Source of the DNA: Centroscyllium fabricii
Lineage: Eukaryota
Assembly: GCA_051313645.2 (NCBI GenBank)
Contig: JBNRSN020000016.1
Span: forward strand, 111,290,001-111,354,000
Direction of reading: 5' to 3'
Length of the DNA stretch: 64,000 nucleotides
The translations under genes and the position numbers were made by a program. How positions within the stretch are numbered: the stretch's first letter is position 1; every line of letters begins with the position of its first letter. Below the pieces are notes generated by a model, which worked only from the letters and a program-made list of their open reading frames with translations, was not told the DNA's origin and did no database searches. This document shows positions 36,227 through 50,146 of the stretch, piece by piece.

Positions 36227-37274
36227 TATTCCTTAAGGCTAAAAGGATCGAGGGATATGGAGAGAAAGCAGGAACTGGGTACTGAGTTTGGATGATCAGC
36301 CATGATCTGATTGAATGGTAGAGCAGGCTCGAGGGGCCGAATGGCCTACTCCTCCTATATTCTATGTTCCTATGTATCTCTATAGCCACCTCTTTCAAAA
36401 CCCTATGATGTCGGCCATCAGGTCCAGGGGATTTATTGGCTTTCAGTCCAATTAATTTTTCCAGTACTTTTTTTTTACTAATACTAATTTCTTTCACTCC
36501 CCATTCTCTCTAGACCCTTGGTTCTCCACTAGGAAGGAAGAAATTGAGACATCTAGGAAAAGAAATTCAGGAAATGAAAAAATAAAAATTAATCTAAATT
36601 GTGTCCTGATGCTGGAGCACCAGGATGTTTGGATACCTGCTCCTAGGCCTCTGCCTAAACCTCTATCTGTCTTAAGCACTCCTGGGTGGCTGGGATTACT
36701 GGCCCACAATTCCCCCACCCTCCCCCTAACAGTTGGTCATCCTGAAATTAAAAGCTCCGGGTATTGGGAGTTGTGGCCACCAAACTGCTTCAAAGCCTTG
36801 CATATTGGAGATCCACGGCACTGACAGTCTTGTGTATACAATCTGAGTAGCAATGGCATAAGTGTTGTTGAATTGTCTAATTAAGTAGCCAAAAAGCGTG
36901 ATGCTTGTATCAGGATTTAGCCCTTAATAACGAGTTAATAGTGGTGCATATGAATTCTAGTCTTTTGAGCCAGGCAAATGTGCAATGAGACAGACCATCG
37001 CCGCCTCCTCATGGTGATGACCGCAAACTACAATGGGATAAGAAAATTCAGGAAGTTATTTTTACCTGGTTAATAATTTCTAGACAAAATAATTGGTATT
37101 ATTTACTACTGTGATTATTGATGAATTGTGATATTTATTGATTTTTGAAGGTTACAAGGTACAATGGACTTTTCTTAAAAGCATGCTTCAGTGAGGACTT
37201 CAGTTGGTTGCTGCAGAGTGTGTGAGTTCAGTAGAGAATGATCACGATCTCTAGAGCTGCGTGTGTAGTGACTC

Positions 37275-37988
37275 GGGGGGGATAAATTCGGTGGCTTGCT
37301 CCTGCCGTTGGGGTGCAAGGCACTTAGAGCCTGGGCTCGCGCCTCCCGCGATATTCAGTGGGGCGCTGACGTGGGCGGTAGCCGGTAGCGCCCCACTGAC
37401 TATTAGACACTGTTCGCCGCCGGGGATGACGTCATAAGAGCGCGCAGCGACCGTCTCGCGCCCAAGGGATCCAAATTGAGTGGTGCCCGCTAACGTTCGG
37501 GCAGACACTGCCCGCGACAGCTTCATCCTGTCGTAACTGCAGCGGGGGAGCGCTGCTTAACGGGGAAGGTGCCGGGCGGCCATTTTTGTTGCTGGCCGAC
37601 TGCCAGCACCTGCCCCCAGCTTCCCCCGCTGCCCCCCCCGCGGTGTGATACCTCTGCTCACTGAGCCCGGCACGTCCCTTGAGCTTGAGTGCTGGGCTCC
37701 TACGGCGGCCCCGCGGGGCTCCGTCCGAGACCGCGCTAGGCCCCTCCCCTTGAATCGTGGAGGATGGCCTGCAGTACTGCGGTGCGGCACTCTGTGCTGC
37801 CTGTCGCTTTCACCGGAACTTCGACTGTAGCGCCTAAAGAACGAGGTCACGTGCTGTAGTAGCGCCCGACCTCCTACTATGGGCGCTGTAACCGAATATC
37901 AGCGGTAACGGCGCCAGCAGCAGGCAGGCGCTAAAAGTGCTGCGCCAAGGTTACCGCCAATAAACGTGTGCGACTGAATTTATCTCCC
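37275..37988. mobile_element. GC-rich inverted-repeat element (MITE-like)
   Basis: Ends GGGGGATAAATTCGGT / ACTGAATTTATCTCCC. Confidence 0.6.
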
Positions 37989-38638
37989 TAAAAAGTCACA
38001 GCTCAGCTTCTCAATGACTTTTGGGAAGTACAGGTATTTTCAAATGCTTCCTCTTACTGCAAGGGAGAACATTGGATGGACCATCAGCCTGGGGTGATTT
38101 TTCTGCGCCTTAAAAAAAGATAAATGGTTATTTTATATATTTTTCCTCTACCCATATATTTAATTTTGAACCTGTGCATTTTTAAAGCGGAGCATACACA
38201 TGGTATGCCGATTAGAGGTAGAATTCTGGTATGTAGCAGTACTGTGGAGGGGGAATGGGGTTTATCTGCACTTGGGGAGAGTAACTTCTGCGATAAATGC
38301 CACAGTTTCTGTAATATACACGGCTCTTGTGTAGTTGTATCAATCCATAGAATCCCTACAGTGCAGATAGAGGCCAGTGCTAACCACTATGCAGGAACCA
38401 TTGTTTGTGATTTTTATACTGCTGTTTCCCATGGGGCTTGTGGTGTACTTCACCTATTCGAAGAGCTGATTCTTAAATTAATGACAAGGCAGTGAGTACA
38501 ACGTTCTGAATATTAAAATATATTGTTCCATCGAACGTAGTTACTGGATGTTCTGTCACCAGGGAATATGAAAACGGAAATTTCAAGTGGTTTTTAAAAC
38601 ACGCAAACGAGTATGTTACCATCTCACGTTTAATAATA

Positions 38639-41600
38639 CAGGAAACTGGCATTTCCACATTGGGGAATAAATGTCTGTACATAATTGCACGTAAAATCCC
38701 CTTTAACTTACAGGTTTCCCCTCCCCTTTAAGAGAGAGGGAAAACAGACCCATTATGACCAAGTGTGACATCATCGCGCATTCCGTGGGCTTTTTCTGTT
38801 TAGAATGTTTTTGGAGTTTGAACTTTAAAGATCAGTTGTTGTGCAGTTGCTTTTCCGAGTTGGCTGTTTTATTTGTTTGGACATTGGTGACCCCTAGTCG
38901 GTAAACATTTTTACTGACCCACGCAGCATAATGGCTACCGGTGCTGCGGCCTTAAAACTCCCTTTTTGGGAGAAACAAGCGACAGCATGGTTTGCTCACG
39001 CAGAAGCCCAGTTCTCCGTGCAGAAAGTTGAGGGCGATAAAGAAAAATACCTCCATGTTGTGTCAGCCCTCGAGAGCTCCACCACTGCGGAAGTCATCGG
39101 CCTTCTGGGGAACCTTCCAGAAGCCAGAAAGTATGAGGCAGTTAAGGACAGACTCCTGCAGGTTTTCAGTTTATCCATGGAGGAGAGAGCACGCAGGCTT
39201 CTCTTGCTACCAGGCCTTGGAGACTCCACCCTGGCCCAGTTAATGAGCCGAATGCTCACTCTTCTGAGGTCCGAGCCACAAGGTTTTCTTCTCCGTGCTT
39301 TATTCTTGGCCCAGCTTCCTCAACAAGTTTAAGCTGCCTTCGCCGGTTCCCCAATCACGGACTGCGTCAAGCTCGCAGCCGCGGCAGACAAAATCTTCTC
39401 CGTGGCAAAGCTCGGCTGCGCAGCCACGAGGTTCCCCTCCCCCACGGAGCGCAACCTGCCTCGTCAGGCTGTAGGCCTCTGTTATTATCACGCCCGTTTT
39501 GGCGCAAAGGCTCACCGCTGCTGCCCGCCCTGCACGTTTGCAACAAAAAAAAGGTTACCCTGCCCGACTCACCAAGTCCTCGCCACCGGCGGATTTCGTC
39601 TGAGCGGGTGACCCCCCCACCCCTGCCACGATGACCGTCGGTTCAGCAGGGAAACTCCTCTACATCACCGATTTTGTTTTCTGGGTGGTGATTCCCCTGT
39701 GACACAGGTGCGTAGTGCAGTATTATCCCAGCTTCCACCCACGATAAACTGGCGGGTCGGAGTGGACCTCCCCTCGTGGCGGCGAATGGCGCCGCCATCC
39801 GCACTTATGGAACACGGTGAGCAGAAGTCTGTTTCACTGGACAGCGGTTTACCTGGAACTTCATCACGGCCTCAGTCTCGCAACCCCTGCTTGGTGCAGA
39901 TTTCCTGTGTGCCCACAGCCTCCTGGTCGACGTCCGCGACCGACGCCTCATCAATGTGGCCACATTTCATTCTTTGTCGTGCCAACGCAGCAGCAGACCG
40001 GCCCTCGTCCTGTCCTGCGCTTCGCCCGCACTGGACGACTACTCTCGTCTGCTGGCAGATTTTCCTGGGTTCACGCAGCCAACTTCTTTGGCCACATCGA
40101 CTAAACATGGCGTTGAACACCACATTGCCACCACAGATCCCCCGGTGTATGCTCGTGCTCGGCGCCTGGATCCAGCCAAGATGGCCATGGCCAAGGTGGC
40201 GTTCACGACCATGGAAAAATTGGGCATCGTTCGCCGCTCGAATAGTCCCTGGTCTTCTCCTCTTCACATTGTTCCTAAGCCGGGCGGTGGTTGGTGACCC
40301 TGCGGCGATTACAGGAGGCTCAACGACGCTACCACGCCTGATCGCTACCACATACCGCATTTCCAGGACTTCTCGGCACACCTAGCGGGAAAATTCATCT
40401 TCTCAAAAGTGGATCTGCTCAAAAGTGGATCTGGTCCGGGGTTATCATCAAGTTCCTGTTCACCAGGCTGACATCCAGAAGACCGCGGTCATCACCCCTT
40501 TTGGCCTTTTTGAATTCCTAAGAATGCCTTTCGGGCTGAAGAACGCGGTGCAGACTTTCCAGCACCTTGTGGATTCAGTGCTTCGGGACCTCTCTTTTTT
40601 CGTCTACCTCGACAGCATCCTCGTGACCAGCACTGACCGAGCGCAGCACATCTTGCACTTGCATGCTCTCTTCCAGCGCCTAAGTCAGCACGGGCTCATC
40701 GTCAACACCGCTAAATGCCAATTCGGCCAGCTCGGATTGATTTTCTCAGATATCGGCGGATGGGGCAATTCCTCTCCCGGCCAAAGTACAGGCAGCATCG
40801 GATTTTCCTCAGCCCACTTCAGTCAAAGCTCTTCAAGAGTTCCTGAGTATGTTTAATTTTTATCATCGTTTTGTACCGAAGGCTGCCCTCCTCATGCGCC
40901 CTCTCTACAAAGCCACCAGGGGCAAGACGGGCAGACAGCCGCTATCATGGACGGAAGAGATGTCCTTAGCATTCGACAAAGCCAAACTGGCGTTGGCCAA
41001 TGCCATGCTTTTGGCGCACCCCATTCCAGGCGCCACGGTCGCCCCATAACTGACGCCTCCGACTACGCCATTGGAGTGGTGCAGCAGCAGTGGGTTGACG
41101 GGGCTTGGCAACCACGAGCGTTCTTCAGTCGCCAATTGCGCAAGAACGAGCGGGCATATAGCACATTTGACAGAGAGCTACTCGCCTTGTTTGTGGCAGT
41201 CAGACACTTCAGATTCTTGCTAGAAGGTCGACCTTTCACAGCATTCGTCGATCGTAAACTGCTAACTTTCGCCATGGCAAAAACTGCGGAACCGTGCTCT
41301 GCGCGCCAGCAGCGCCAGCTCAATTTCATCTCCGAATTTACCACCGACATCCGCCACGTGGCCGGTAAGGAAAACATGGTCGCAGATTGCCTCTCATGAC
41401 CCTCTCTTCACACCGTGCACCTTGGCGTGGACTACGCCAGTATGGCAAAGGACCAGGCATCTGATGCTGAAATCCAGTCCCTAAGATCGGCGGTTACTGG
41501 CCTCAGCCTGGCCGACATTCATTTCCAGGCGGCTAGTACAACTCTTCTTTGTAACGTGTCGGTTAAAGATCCTCGGCCAGTAGGTCCATCCTCCTGGCGT

Positions 41601-43338
41601 TGGCGAGTTTTTGATATCATCCATGGGCTTTCTCATCCAGGTATGCGGGCATCCCAGAAGCTAATGGCAGCGAAGTTTGTGTGGCCCGGTCTACACAAGG
41701 ACGTGAGAGACGGGACGAACACATGCGTGGTTTGCCAGAGGGCGAAATTCCATCAACAAACCAAAGCGCCGCGGGAATTCTTCCCCATGCCTGAGAAGTT
41801 TTGACCACATTCATGTGGACCTGGTTGACCACTCCCGCCATCGCAAGGCTACACGCACCTCCTCATTGTAGTCGACCACACCACAAGGTGGCCGGAGGTA
41901 ATCCCTCTAACCTCCACCACCGCGGCCGACGTGGCCAGGGCATTTTTATCATCGTGGGTGGCCAGATTCGGAGTCCCTGCCGACATTTCGTCGGACAGAG
42001 GCCCTCCGTTTACTTCTCAGCTGTGGAACGCCGTCGCTCATGGGCTAGGAGCAAAACTCCATAGAACCACAGCCTACCATCCACAGGCGAACGGCCTTTG
42101 TGAATGTTTTCGGAGATCATTGAAGGCCTCCTTGCGGGCCTGTCTGTTAGATTCCTGCTGGATAGACAAGTTGCCCTGGGTTCTTCTGGGACTTCGTACT
42201 GCACCCAAGGAGGAACTCAACTCTTCTTCAGCCAAAATGGTTTATGGGCAACCGCTCAGAGTCACGGGCGAATTTCTTCCCCTCGTCATGGAGCCGTTGC
42301 CCGCTTCAATACAACGATCACTGCACCAAGAGGTGGCCAGGTCCCAGCATGGCCCTCGGCTCTCTCATGTTCCACCAGGCGGAATTCGTTTTCGTGCGCC
42401 GGGACGCACACACAGATCCTCTTCAGGCCCCTTACACGGGGCCCTTCCATGTCTTAGAGGTGGGAGACAAGTCTTTCATTCTGAACGTCGGCGGAAAGCC
42501 GGACTATGTCTCGGTGGATCGTCTGAAGCCGGCTTACCTAGACCTCAGTTCTCCGGTCCAGACAGCTCTCCCTCCACGTCGCGGCAGACCTGCAACACCC
42601 CTGTCGTCGGCCAGTCCGCCCACCTGCCAATTTTCTTCTTCGTTTTCGTCATCATCACCCGCTGACCATCCTGCCAGTCCGTTGTCAGACCAGCCGCTGG
42701 TCTCGCCTGTTCTTCAACCTGCCAGCCTTCCAGACACTCTTCCTTGTCCACCGTCCGAGTACCACAGCCGCTACGGCCGTTTGATCAAGCCACCTGAACG
42801 ATTGACTTTTTCAGTTAAAGAGGATTTTGGGGGGGGCACATCTGGCATTTCCACATCAGGGAATAAATGTCTGTACATAATAATTACATGTAAAATCCCC
42901 TTTAACTTACAGGTTTCTCCTCCCCTTTAAGAGAGAGGGAAAACAGACCCATTATGACCAAGTTTTCCATCATCGCGCGTTGTGCAGTTGCTTCTCCGAG
43001 TTGGCTGTTTTATTTGTTGGGAGATCAGTCTGGCACCTAAATATCCGAAAATCTCTCTTTACCTGCAAAGTTCAGGAGTAGGTTCAGGTAAGTTTTACTA
43101 TATATTAGTGGCCGTGTAACCGGGGTTCCTGCACCTGTGGCCGTGCAACAGGGACTCCTGGATCTGTGGCCCTGTAACCGGGACTCCTGCACAAGTGCCG
43201 CGTTACCGGGGCTCCTGCACCTGTGGCCGTGTACGGGTCTCTCGTACCTTGGGAGGTACACCTCTCTGTAATCCGGACTTTTTGATCAACTGGCACCATG
43301 CCGGTCCCGTCGGTGCCGGATAAAAAAAGAGTTTCCTG
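38639..43338. mobile_element. Tigger-like MITE split by element F; 29-bp minisatellite at 43108-43232
   Basis: TA-CAGGAAAC at left, GTTTCCTG-TA at right. Confidence 0.6.
38647..43024 (+). mobile_element. Decayed CsRn1-clade Ty3/Gypsy element F
   Basis: LTRs 38647-38883 and 42843 to about 43024; PBS TGGTGACCCC (tRNA-Trp); Gag LKLPFW...WFAHAEAQF; CHCC motif CYYHARFG...CCPPC; RT MPFGL; many stops and frameshifts. Confidence 0.9.
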
Positions 43339-43549
43339 TACTGGGATCCAGTTCTGCACACAGCCTTTTTAGTTTAATGTAAAATTGATGTCTTATTGTA
43401 ATCTCCGAGTGGGCTTAAGTCCCACCTCAGCACGTAATCTTCAGTGCAGGACTGAGGAAATGCTGCATTGTGGCAGGTTCCGTCTTTTTCTTGAGATACT
43501 GTCAAATCTGTTCATGTGGCTGTTGAAGATCCCATAACACTATTCAAAG

Positions 43550-44090
43550 AATGCAAGAAGTAACACAACACCAGATTATAGTCCAACAGTTTTATTTTAA
43601 ATCACAAGCTTTCGGAGCTTTTGCCCCTTCGTCAGGTGAAAGAGAGACTGACTTAAAGAACGCACATATGGGAGGAAGGGAGAATCCGATCTCTTCCACA
43701 TCTCACCTTAGCAGAGATAGACAGAGCACACAAAGGTGTATTAACATATTTTAAGAGATTCATTTAAACATAGCATATATAAAGAGAGAGAACAATGTGG
43801 TCTCTCCAGCTGTTTCACATCACACCTCAGCTGAGGGACATCAAAGCAATCAAAGGTGTTCTAACATATCAGTCAGCCTGAGATCAAAGGGTGCAGTCAC
43901 AAAGGGTCAAACGTTACAGTCTGCTGTCCTTGAAAATCCCACAGAATGATTTTTTTAAAAACAAGGATTTTTCTTGCTGAAAATCGCATAACAAGCCAAA
44001 GATGGTTCGAGTCTGGATGACTCTACGTCATGTAACATGATGACGAACATGTAACGCGACATAAATCTAATATCACGGTTGAGGTTAATA
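43550..44090 (-). mobile_element. Penelope-like 3' fragment with hammerhead core (43602-43639)
   Basis: LNRDIRFMSRYM; homologous to 10775-11210. Confidence 0.85.
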
Positions 44091-44309
44091 TTCTGTGCTT
44101 TCTGTGCTTCGATTGGCTCTCCGTGGCCCACGTGATCCCGCGCGCTATCTCGCACTATCTTTGCCATTCAAATCCAGCAGCATAGCGCGCCGGCACTTCA
44201 GGAAGTCCCAACATCGGGATTTCATGCGGGTGCACTGCTCAACGGCCGGCGCGGTCCGTAAGTGTGGGTTGGAGGCTTGCACTCGCGGGAAGCCTCCAAC
44301 CCGAATTTC

Positions 44310-44598
44310 TGGGCCATTGTTTCCACTGGCAGGAGGGTCAGTAACCAGAGGACACAGATTTAAGGCGACAGGAAGATAATTTTTACGCTGTGACTTATTA
44401 TGGTCTGGAACGTACTGCTTGAAAGGGCGGTGGAAGCGGATTCAGTAATAACTTTCAACAGGAAATTGGATAAATACTTGAAGGGGAAGAATTTGCAGGG
44501 CTGTGGGGGAGTGGGACTAATTGGCTAGCTCTTTCAAAGAGCCGGCACAGACACGATGGGCCGAATGGCCTCCTGTGCTGCAGCATTCTATGATCCTA
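44310..44598 (+). mobile_element. CR1 3' fragment
   Basis: LFPLAGGSVTRGHRFK; TTCTATGAT tail. Confidence 0.75.
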
Positions 44599-45410
44599 GC
44601 CTGCCCAGATACTTTACACACTCCATTATGTTTGCTGGAATTTTGTAATTGTTTGGGTGTTTTTTAGTTTTCCCATTGCAATGTAGAAGTAGAAATGTGT
44701 TTTCATATTTGTTGGAAAGTGTCGGTCTTTGTGTGTGTGTGTGTATATTATTCATTGCTCTAGATACACAGCATTTTAGATTGAAGCAATATTGCTCAAA
44801 GGCATTTAAAACCTAAAAACTAACTAGGTGATAGTCCTGAGGGAATGATGAACCATCGGAAATGCTGCTTCTCAAATGAGATGCTGGTTATGGTAGTGAA
44901 TGGCTGAGCCATGCAGACCATGACGGTTTGAAGTTTCACCCTTGGTCTGTGCTGTCAGTGGATCTCCGCTGGGGCAACAGTAGTGAGTGCTCGATTTGCC
45001 TCGGTGCCCATTGGTTAGGAAGGGGAAAATCGCCCAGGCTCCCTGATCCTGACGCCCCCCCCCCCCCAACCTGCTGAATGTACATGTGCGGATCCTGGAT
45101 GAGGACAGGTTTGATTTAGTTGCTGTGCTAAATACCCTCCTGACACGTCCTTTCAAGGCTCGCACGTGAAGAATAGCCATTTGGGCAAAATAGCAGAGGT
45201 ATCCGGCTGCCCGTGAGACACCACCCCCTCTTCTCCCCCTCCCAATATAAAGAAGTCAGTACTTTCACATAATCTTGAGAATGTAGATGTGTAAATAGTA
45301 ATACACAAAATGTAATTTGAAAGTTAATTATTCAAAGAAGTTGTGGAGCTTGATGTTTAAGCACAGAGTGTGACTGCTGTACAGTGAGTGACAGTAAGAT
45401 TTTCCTGTCA

Positions 45411-45700
45411 TAACAACAGAAAATGCTAGAATCTCTCAGCAGGTGAGGCAGCATCGTGGACGGAGAAACAGAGTTAACTTTTCGAGTTGATGACCCTTCG
45501 CCAGGCCATGACGGTTCGAAGTTTCACCCTTGGTCTGTGTGGTCAGCGAATCTCAGCTGGGGCAACAGTAGCAGTTCTGACGAAGGGTCTTCGACCCGAA
45601 AAGTTAACTCTGTTTCTCTCTCCACGATGCTGCCTGACCTGCTGAGTGTTTCCAGCATTTTTTGTTATTACAGATTTCCAGCATCTGCACTATTTTGCTA
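45411..45700. mobile_element. Second-family Penelope-derived inverted mini-element with hammerhead core (45577-45610)
   Basis: Opposed arms of about 95 bp; CTGACGA-A-GGGTC/GACCC-GAAA; 16-bp flanking repeat TAAGATTTTC(C/A)TGTCA. Confidence 0.8.
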
Positions 45701-46257
45701 TAAGATTTTCATGTCATTGCTTTCAATCAGAATTAAAAAATATTGATTCTTTATTTCAGCCGCCTAGCTGAATCGCTGGTCCCAGGCAACAAAATTATTC
45801 GTATGAACAGATCTTGCCCTACATTATTTACACTATCATGCAGCAATCATCTTGGCGTCCTCCATCCGCTGATGGATTATAGTAACGGGTGCCTCACCTA
45901 TTTAAACCTTACAGTAACACCACCATATCCTTCTCGGTCAGTCCATCATCCACATTGGATATGCTGCAAGTTACATCATTCTAATACTGCACAATACTTG
46001 CTGTAATTGCAGGGTGCCTCAGGTTTTTATGCTGCTACAATGAGTTGAAACTATATCGGGTTGGATGCCAAGAGTATAGAATTTGTAGTAATGTAGCTCA
46101 TCCACCAGGTGGAGCTAGATTATTGGTCTTTTAATAAGTCTTGCCACACTTTGCAACTTTTAAAAATGCTGATTACCACCAACCAAATTTACATGCAGTG
46201 ATCTCTGCAGCCAAGAGGCGATGATGGTCAGTGAATTGATTAAAAAAAATAAAATAA

Positions 46258-46810
46258 TAATTCATGGGATGTGGGCGTTGCTGGCAAGGCCAGCATTTAT
46301 TGCCCGTCCCTGGTTGCCCTTGAGAAGGTGGTGGTGAACCGCCTTCTTAAACCGCTGCAGTCAGTGTGGTGAAGGTACTCCCACAATGCTGTTAGGTAGG
46401 GAGTTCCAGAATTTTGACCCAGTGACGATGAAGGATCGGCGATATACTTCCACATCAGGATGGTGTGTGACTTGGAGGGGAACTTGGAGGTGGTGGTGTT
46501 CCTAGGCGCCTGCTGCCCTTGTCCTTCTAGGTGGGAGAGGTTGCGGGTTTGGGAGGTGCTGTCGAAGAAGCCTTGACGAGTTGCTGCAGTGCCTCTTGTA
46601 GATGGTACACACTGCAGCCACAGCACGCTGGTGGTGGAGGGAGTGAATGTTTAAGGTGGAGGATGGGGTGCCAATCAAGCGAGCTGCTTTGTCCTGGATG
46701 GTGTCGAGCTTCTTGTGTTGTTGGAGCTGCACTCATCCAGGCAAGTGGAGAGTATTCCATCACACTCTTGACTTGTGCCTTGCAGATGGTGGAAAGGCTT
46801 TGGGGAGCCA
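46258..46810 (-). mobile_element. LINE 3' fragment (CR1/L2 group)
   Basis: KAQVKSVMEYSPLAW...KLDTIQDKAARLI; tail shared with the SINE at 53412. Confidence 0.8.
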
Positions 46811-47784
46811 TTGCTTCTGTTTAACTTTTGTTTCCATTATGGCACTGGCATTGAGCATTGTGGTCCTGTTGTGTTCTTTCACTTTATTTGGGTAGTCAAT
46901 CAAATATATTTGAAAATCTCTAAATAGAATATCACTTTTGAGATGACTGTCAAGAAGTGTTTAGTGTGGTGTGTTACTTTCTTTTTGTGTGAGGCAATAA
47001 AACTGTTGGGGAATGAAACATTTTCCCACTGATGACAGAGAATAGATGGGATTACAGCTCATTAACTTGCTCAAGGAAGATTTTGATGGGGTGAAAAATT
47101 GTTTTGTAAGAAATCTTAATAGGACATGTTATAATTCAGCTGCAACTGATCATTCTGTGATATAATTAAGAACAGAAAGCATGTTGGAGAAATCTCCCCC
47201 TCGACCTTTCTTCACTGCATGTTCGACCTTGAACTCATTGATGCTGATTTTGAAAATGTAACTTTTTCACCCCCAATCTCTCAAAAGCCTAAAAAAAAAA
47301 GTTAAGAATGAAAAAAGATCATTTGATCGATTGAGCTTGTTCCTCCAGTACTCTGCTCACCCAGGCCAGCAGCCAACTGCACTTTGAACCCCCGCCCAGG
47401 CTGTGACCTAAGTGGGTACTAACTGGATACTCACTTCCCTCCTTCTCCCCACCTTCATCGTCTATGTTGCAGACGCTCCCCATTTCCACCTTCCCGAGTA
47501 CTGACCGTCTTTGAAGAGGTGAGGCAGGCATTGAGTATACGTATGAACAAAGATATCTGAAAGCCACACAGACACGGTGGAGACATACAAAAGAGAAGAG
47601 AGGGTCGAAGAGTGCAACAGAGATGAGTGAGTCAGACAAACACTGCAGTGAGAGGGGGTTTGTGACAACCATACAGTCAGCGTGGAAGAGTGGACAGAGA
47701 AAGTGACACAAGAAGAATTAGTGTAGAAAAGAAGTGAGATGACAGTATAGAGAGAGGGATTTTTTTCTCTGGGCAATGCCAGTG

Positions 47785-47956
47785 CAGGGTGCTACAAAAA
47801 AATGGATTTCTAAAACACTTGCCCGAACACAAATTTCACTTGCCTGAAATTTTTAAATAAAGATTTTACATTTTTATTAAAATGCTTCAATATAAAGCCA
47901 TAGATTGTGATTGTGCCTTTAGTTGCATTGGCCTGGTTTCTGCCCCTCTCTGCCAG

Positions 47957-48028
<72 letters not shown>

Positions 48029-49117
48029 CTGAACATTCTTCCCTCATTTACCAAACTTTCTGTGAAGCCTCTGCAGGCCGCGGGCTCCCTCACTCTCTCT
48101 CCCCGCCTACCTTCGTCCAGCAGCTGCTCCGTTTTTTTCTCTCACCCTCAGCAGGTCGACGGCACCGACCCACTCTTGCCGCGTGCCACCAGCCCGCTCC
48201 ACCTAACCCGACTGCTGCCCCGTCCCCTGATTGACACGCCGCCTCATCCAATCCTGCCGCGCCGCCCGGCCCCACCGTCCACCGCTCTCAGTCCTCCATT
48301 AGTGAGGATGCTCTTCGTGCCAATAATCACCTTATTAACCATGGACATGACGACAAAGAAAACTGCGCCTGTACAGGTGACGGCCATCTCGTAGCCCTAA
48401 CATTAGTTGAGCCCCCATTTCTCTCAGTTAACAATCTCCTGTTCTGAACTAGAATCTGACCATAGCTCAGTTACCAGTAACTGCTGCAGAGATTGACAAA
48501 ATCCTGTCCTTCCTGTTCCTGTTCTCTCATTGATTCTAAAAGACAATATACATTGTCCAACTCTTATAGCGAGCTAAACACGTTCACACCAATGCACAGA
48601 CCTCGGGGATTCATCTCTTATGAGCCAATTATCCTGATACGAATATACATAGAAGTTGCAGTCTGAGATAAATTCCCACCACAGACAGGCACTCTGAAAA
48701 CTTTGCTCCCCGAGAAGAGATAAAACACACATTTTATACAATTATAAGCACCAGCAATCATGAATGAACTACTGCAATTTGCACAGTATTTAAAGCCATT
48801 AACACATGGTACAGATGTGCTGAGAGAGAAGCAAAAGGCGGCTCAGCTCATCCACTGTCCGCTTGGGGAGGTGCAACCGGGGCCCGCCATTCGACAGCGG
48901 CGCCTGGTCGAGCAACTGACCCGCAGCGGGGAATCTCGTGCAGCCTCTTCATCGGCGCTCACCGCCTGGCTGCACGCACACCCTCAGCGCTATTGCCGGA
49001 CCCAGCAACTCGGGTCATGTCCGCACATCGCTTGCCCGATCGGGCAAGTGAGATTTTCTTTTGCTTGCCTGACGGCACATTTTGCTTGCCCTGGGCAAGC
49101 GGTTTTGTCGCGCCCTG
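47785..49117. mobile_element. Non-autonomous DNA transposon with CAGGG TIRs and a 6-bp TSD
   Basis: CAGGGTGCTACAAAA / TTTTGTCGCGCCCTG (13 of 15 match); TSD CCAGTG; subterminal TTGCCYG repeats. Confidence 0.75.
47959..48025. repeat. (TC)n microsatellite
   Basis: About 33 TC units. Confidence 0.98.
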
Positions 49118-49490
49118 CCAGTGGAGATAAGATTATAATATACTCATTGACCTCCCATAGGCTTTCACATTCGCAAGTCAAGACCAAATGTATTTTTCAG
49201 ATGCAGCAGGATTAGAGGGCTGGGAATAATTGGACCAGGGCCTGCAGACAGAATTCAGTCCCCAATTTTTGGGCTGGATATTCCGATCCCTACGGGTGGT
49301 TGCGTGCTGGGTACTCGCCCATAGGGACATCGAAAATGCCGGTTTCAGGCATGCACTGCGCAGTCGCTGGAAACCAGCATTTCCGATCTGTCAAGAAAGC
49401 TCTTGACAGATCCTCTGGCTGCCCTGGAGAAGGGCCTCTGCGGGCGGATAGTTCCGCTTTTTGGAGACCCTCAGCCCGCAGAAAACACTA

Positions 49491-50146
49491 ATGCCCCGCT
49501 TTCACTGAGGCGACGAAAATCCCGAATGGTCCCGAATCTGAAATTTTTCCGGTTCGTAGACAATTCTTGCAGTTCTTAAATGATTCTTAGTTGATTCTTA
49601 GTTGATTCCTAAGCATTCGTACAGTTCGCGTGAGTTCGTCGATTTTGCACGAATGTTTTGGCTTGTCAAAAACCTTCGTGGGAGGGTTCACGAAGTTCAG
49701 ATTCGTACATGCATCGTAAACACTTCGTGAACCTTTCTTATCGTTCGTAACCCTTTCTTATCATTCGTAACCGCTTCGTAATCGCTTCTTCTGCATTCTG
49801 GCCTATTCTTGGGCATTCGTGACTCCCTCAAATTCGTGGACCCACGCCGAATACATCACGAAACAGGCACGAATGTCCACGAATCAAGTACGAATCGGTC
49901 GTAGTGGATTCGTACAGTAATTCGGCACATTCGTAAGTGAGTCGTACCTTATTCGTTAAATTCTTACCTGATTCTTTGAATTCGTACTTGTTTCTTAAAC
50001 CATTCTTGACATTCGGCACGAATAATTCGTAACAAATTCGTACCTCCTCCCGAATCTCCACGAAATTTGTCATTTTTTGCCGAATCTCCACAAATTTCGA
50101 TTCGGGACCATTCGCGATTTTCGTCGCCTCAGTGAAAGCGGGGCAT
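49491..50146. mobile_element. MITE with TIRs of about 55 bp (possibly PIF/Harbinger-like)
   Basis: ATGCCCCGCTTTTCACTGAGGCGACGAAAATC... mirrored at the right end; TA on both flanks; TTCGT/ACGAA-rich interior. Confidence 0.85.

Noticed and set aside
47319-47776. ORFs as a host exon or retrogene
   Set aside because: No recognisable domain, low-complexity purine-rich sequence, no convincing splice signals.
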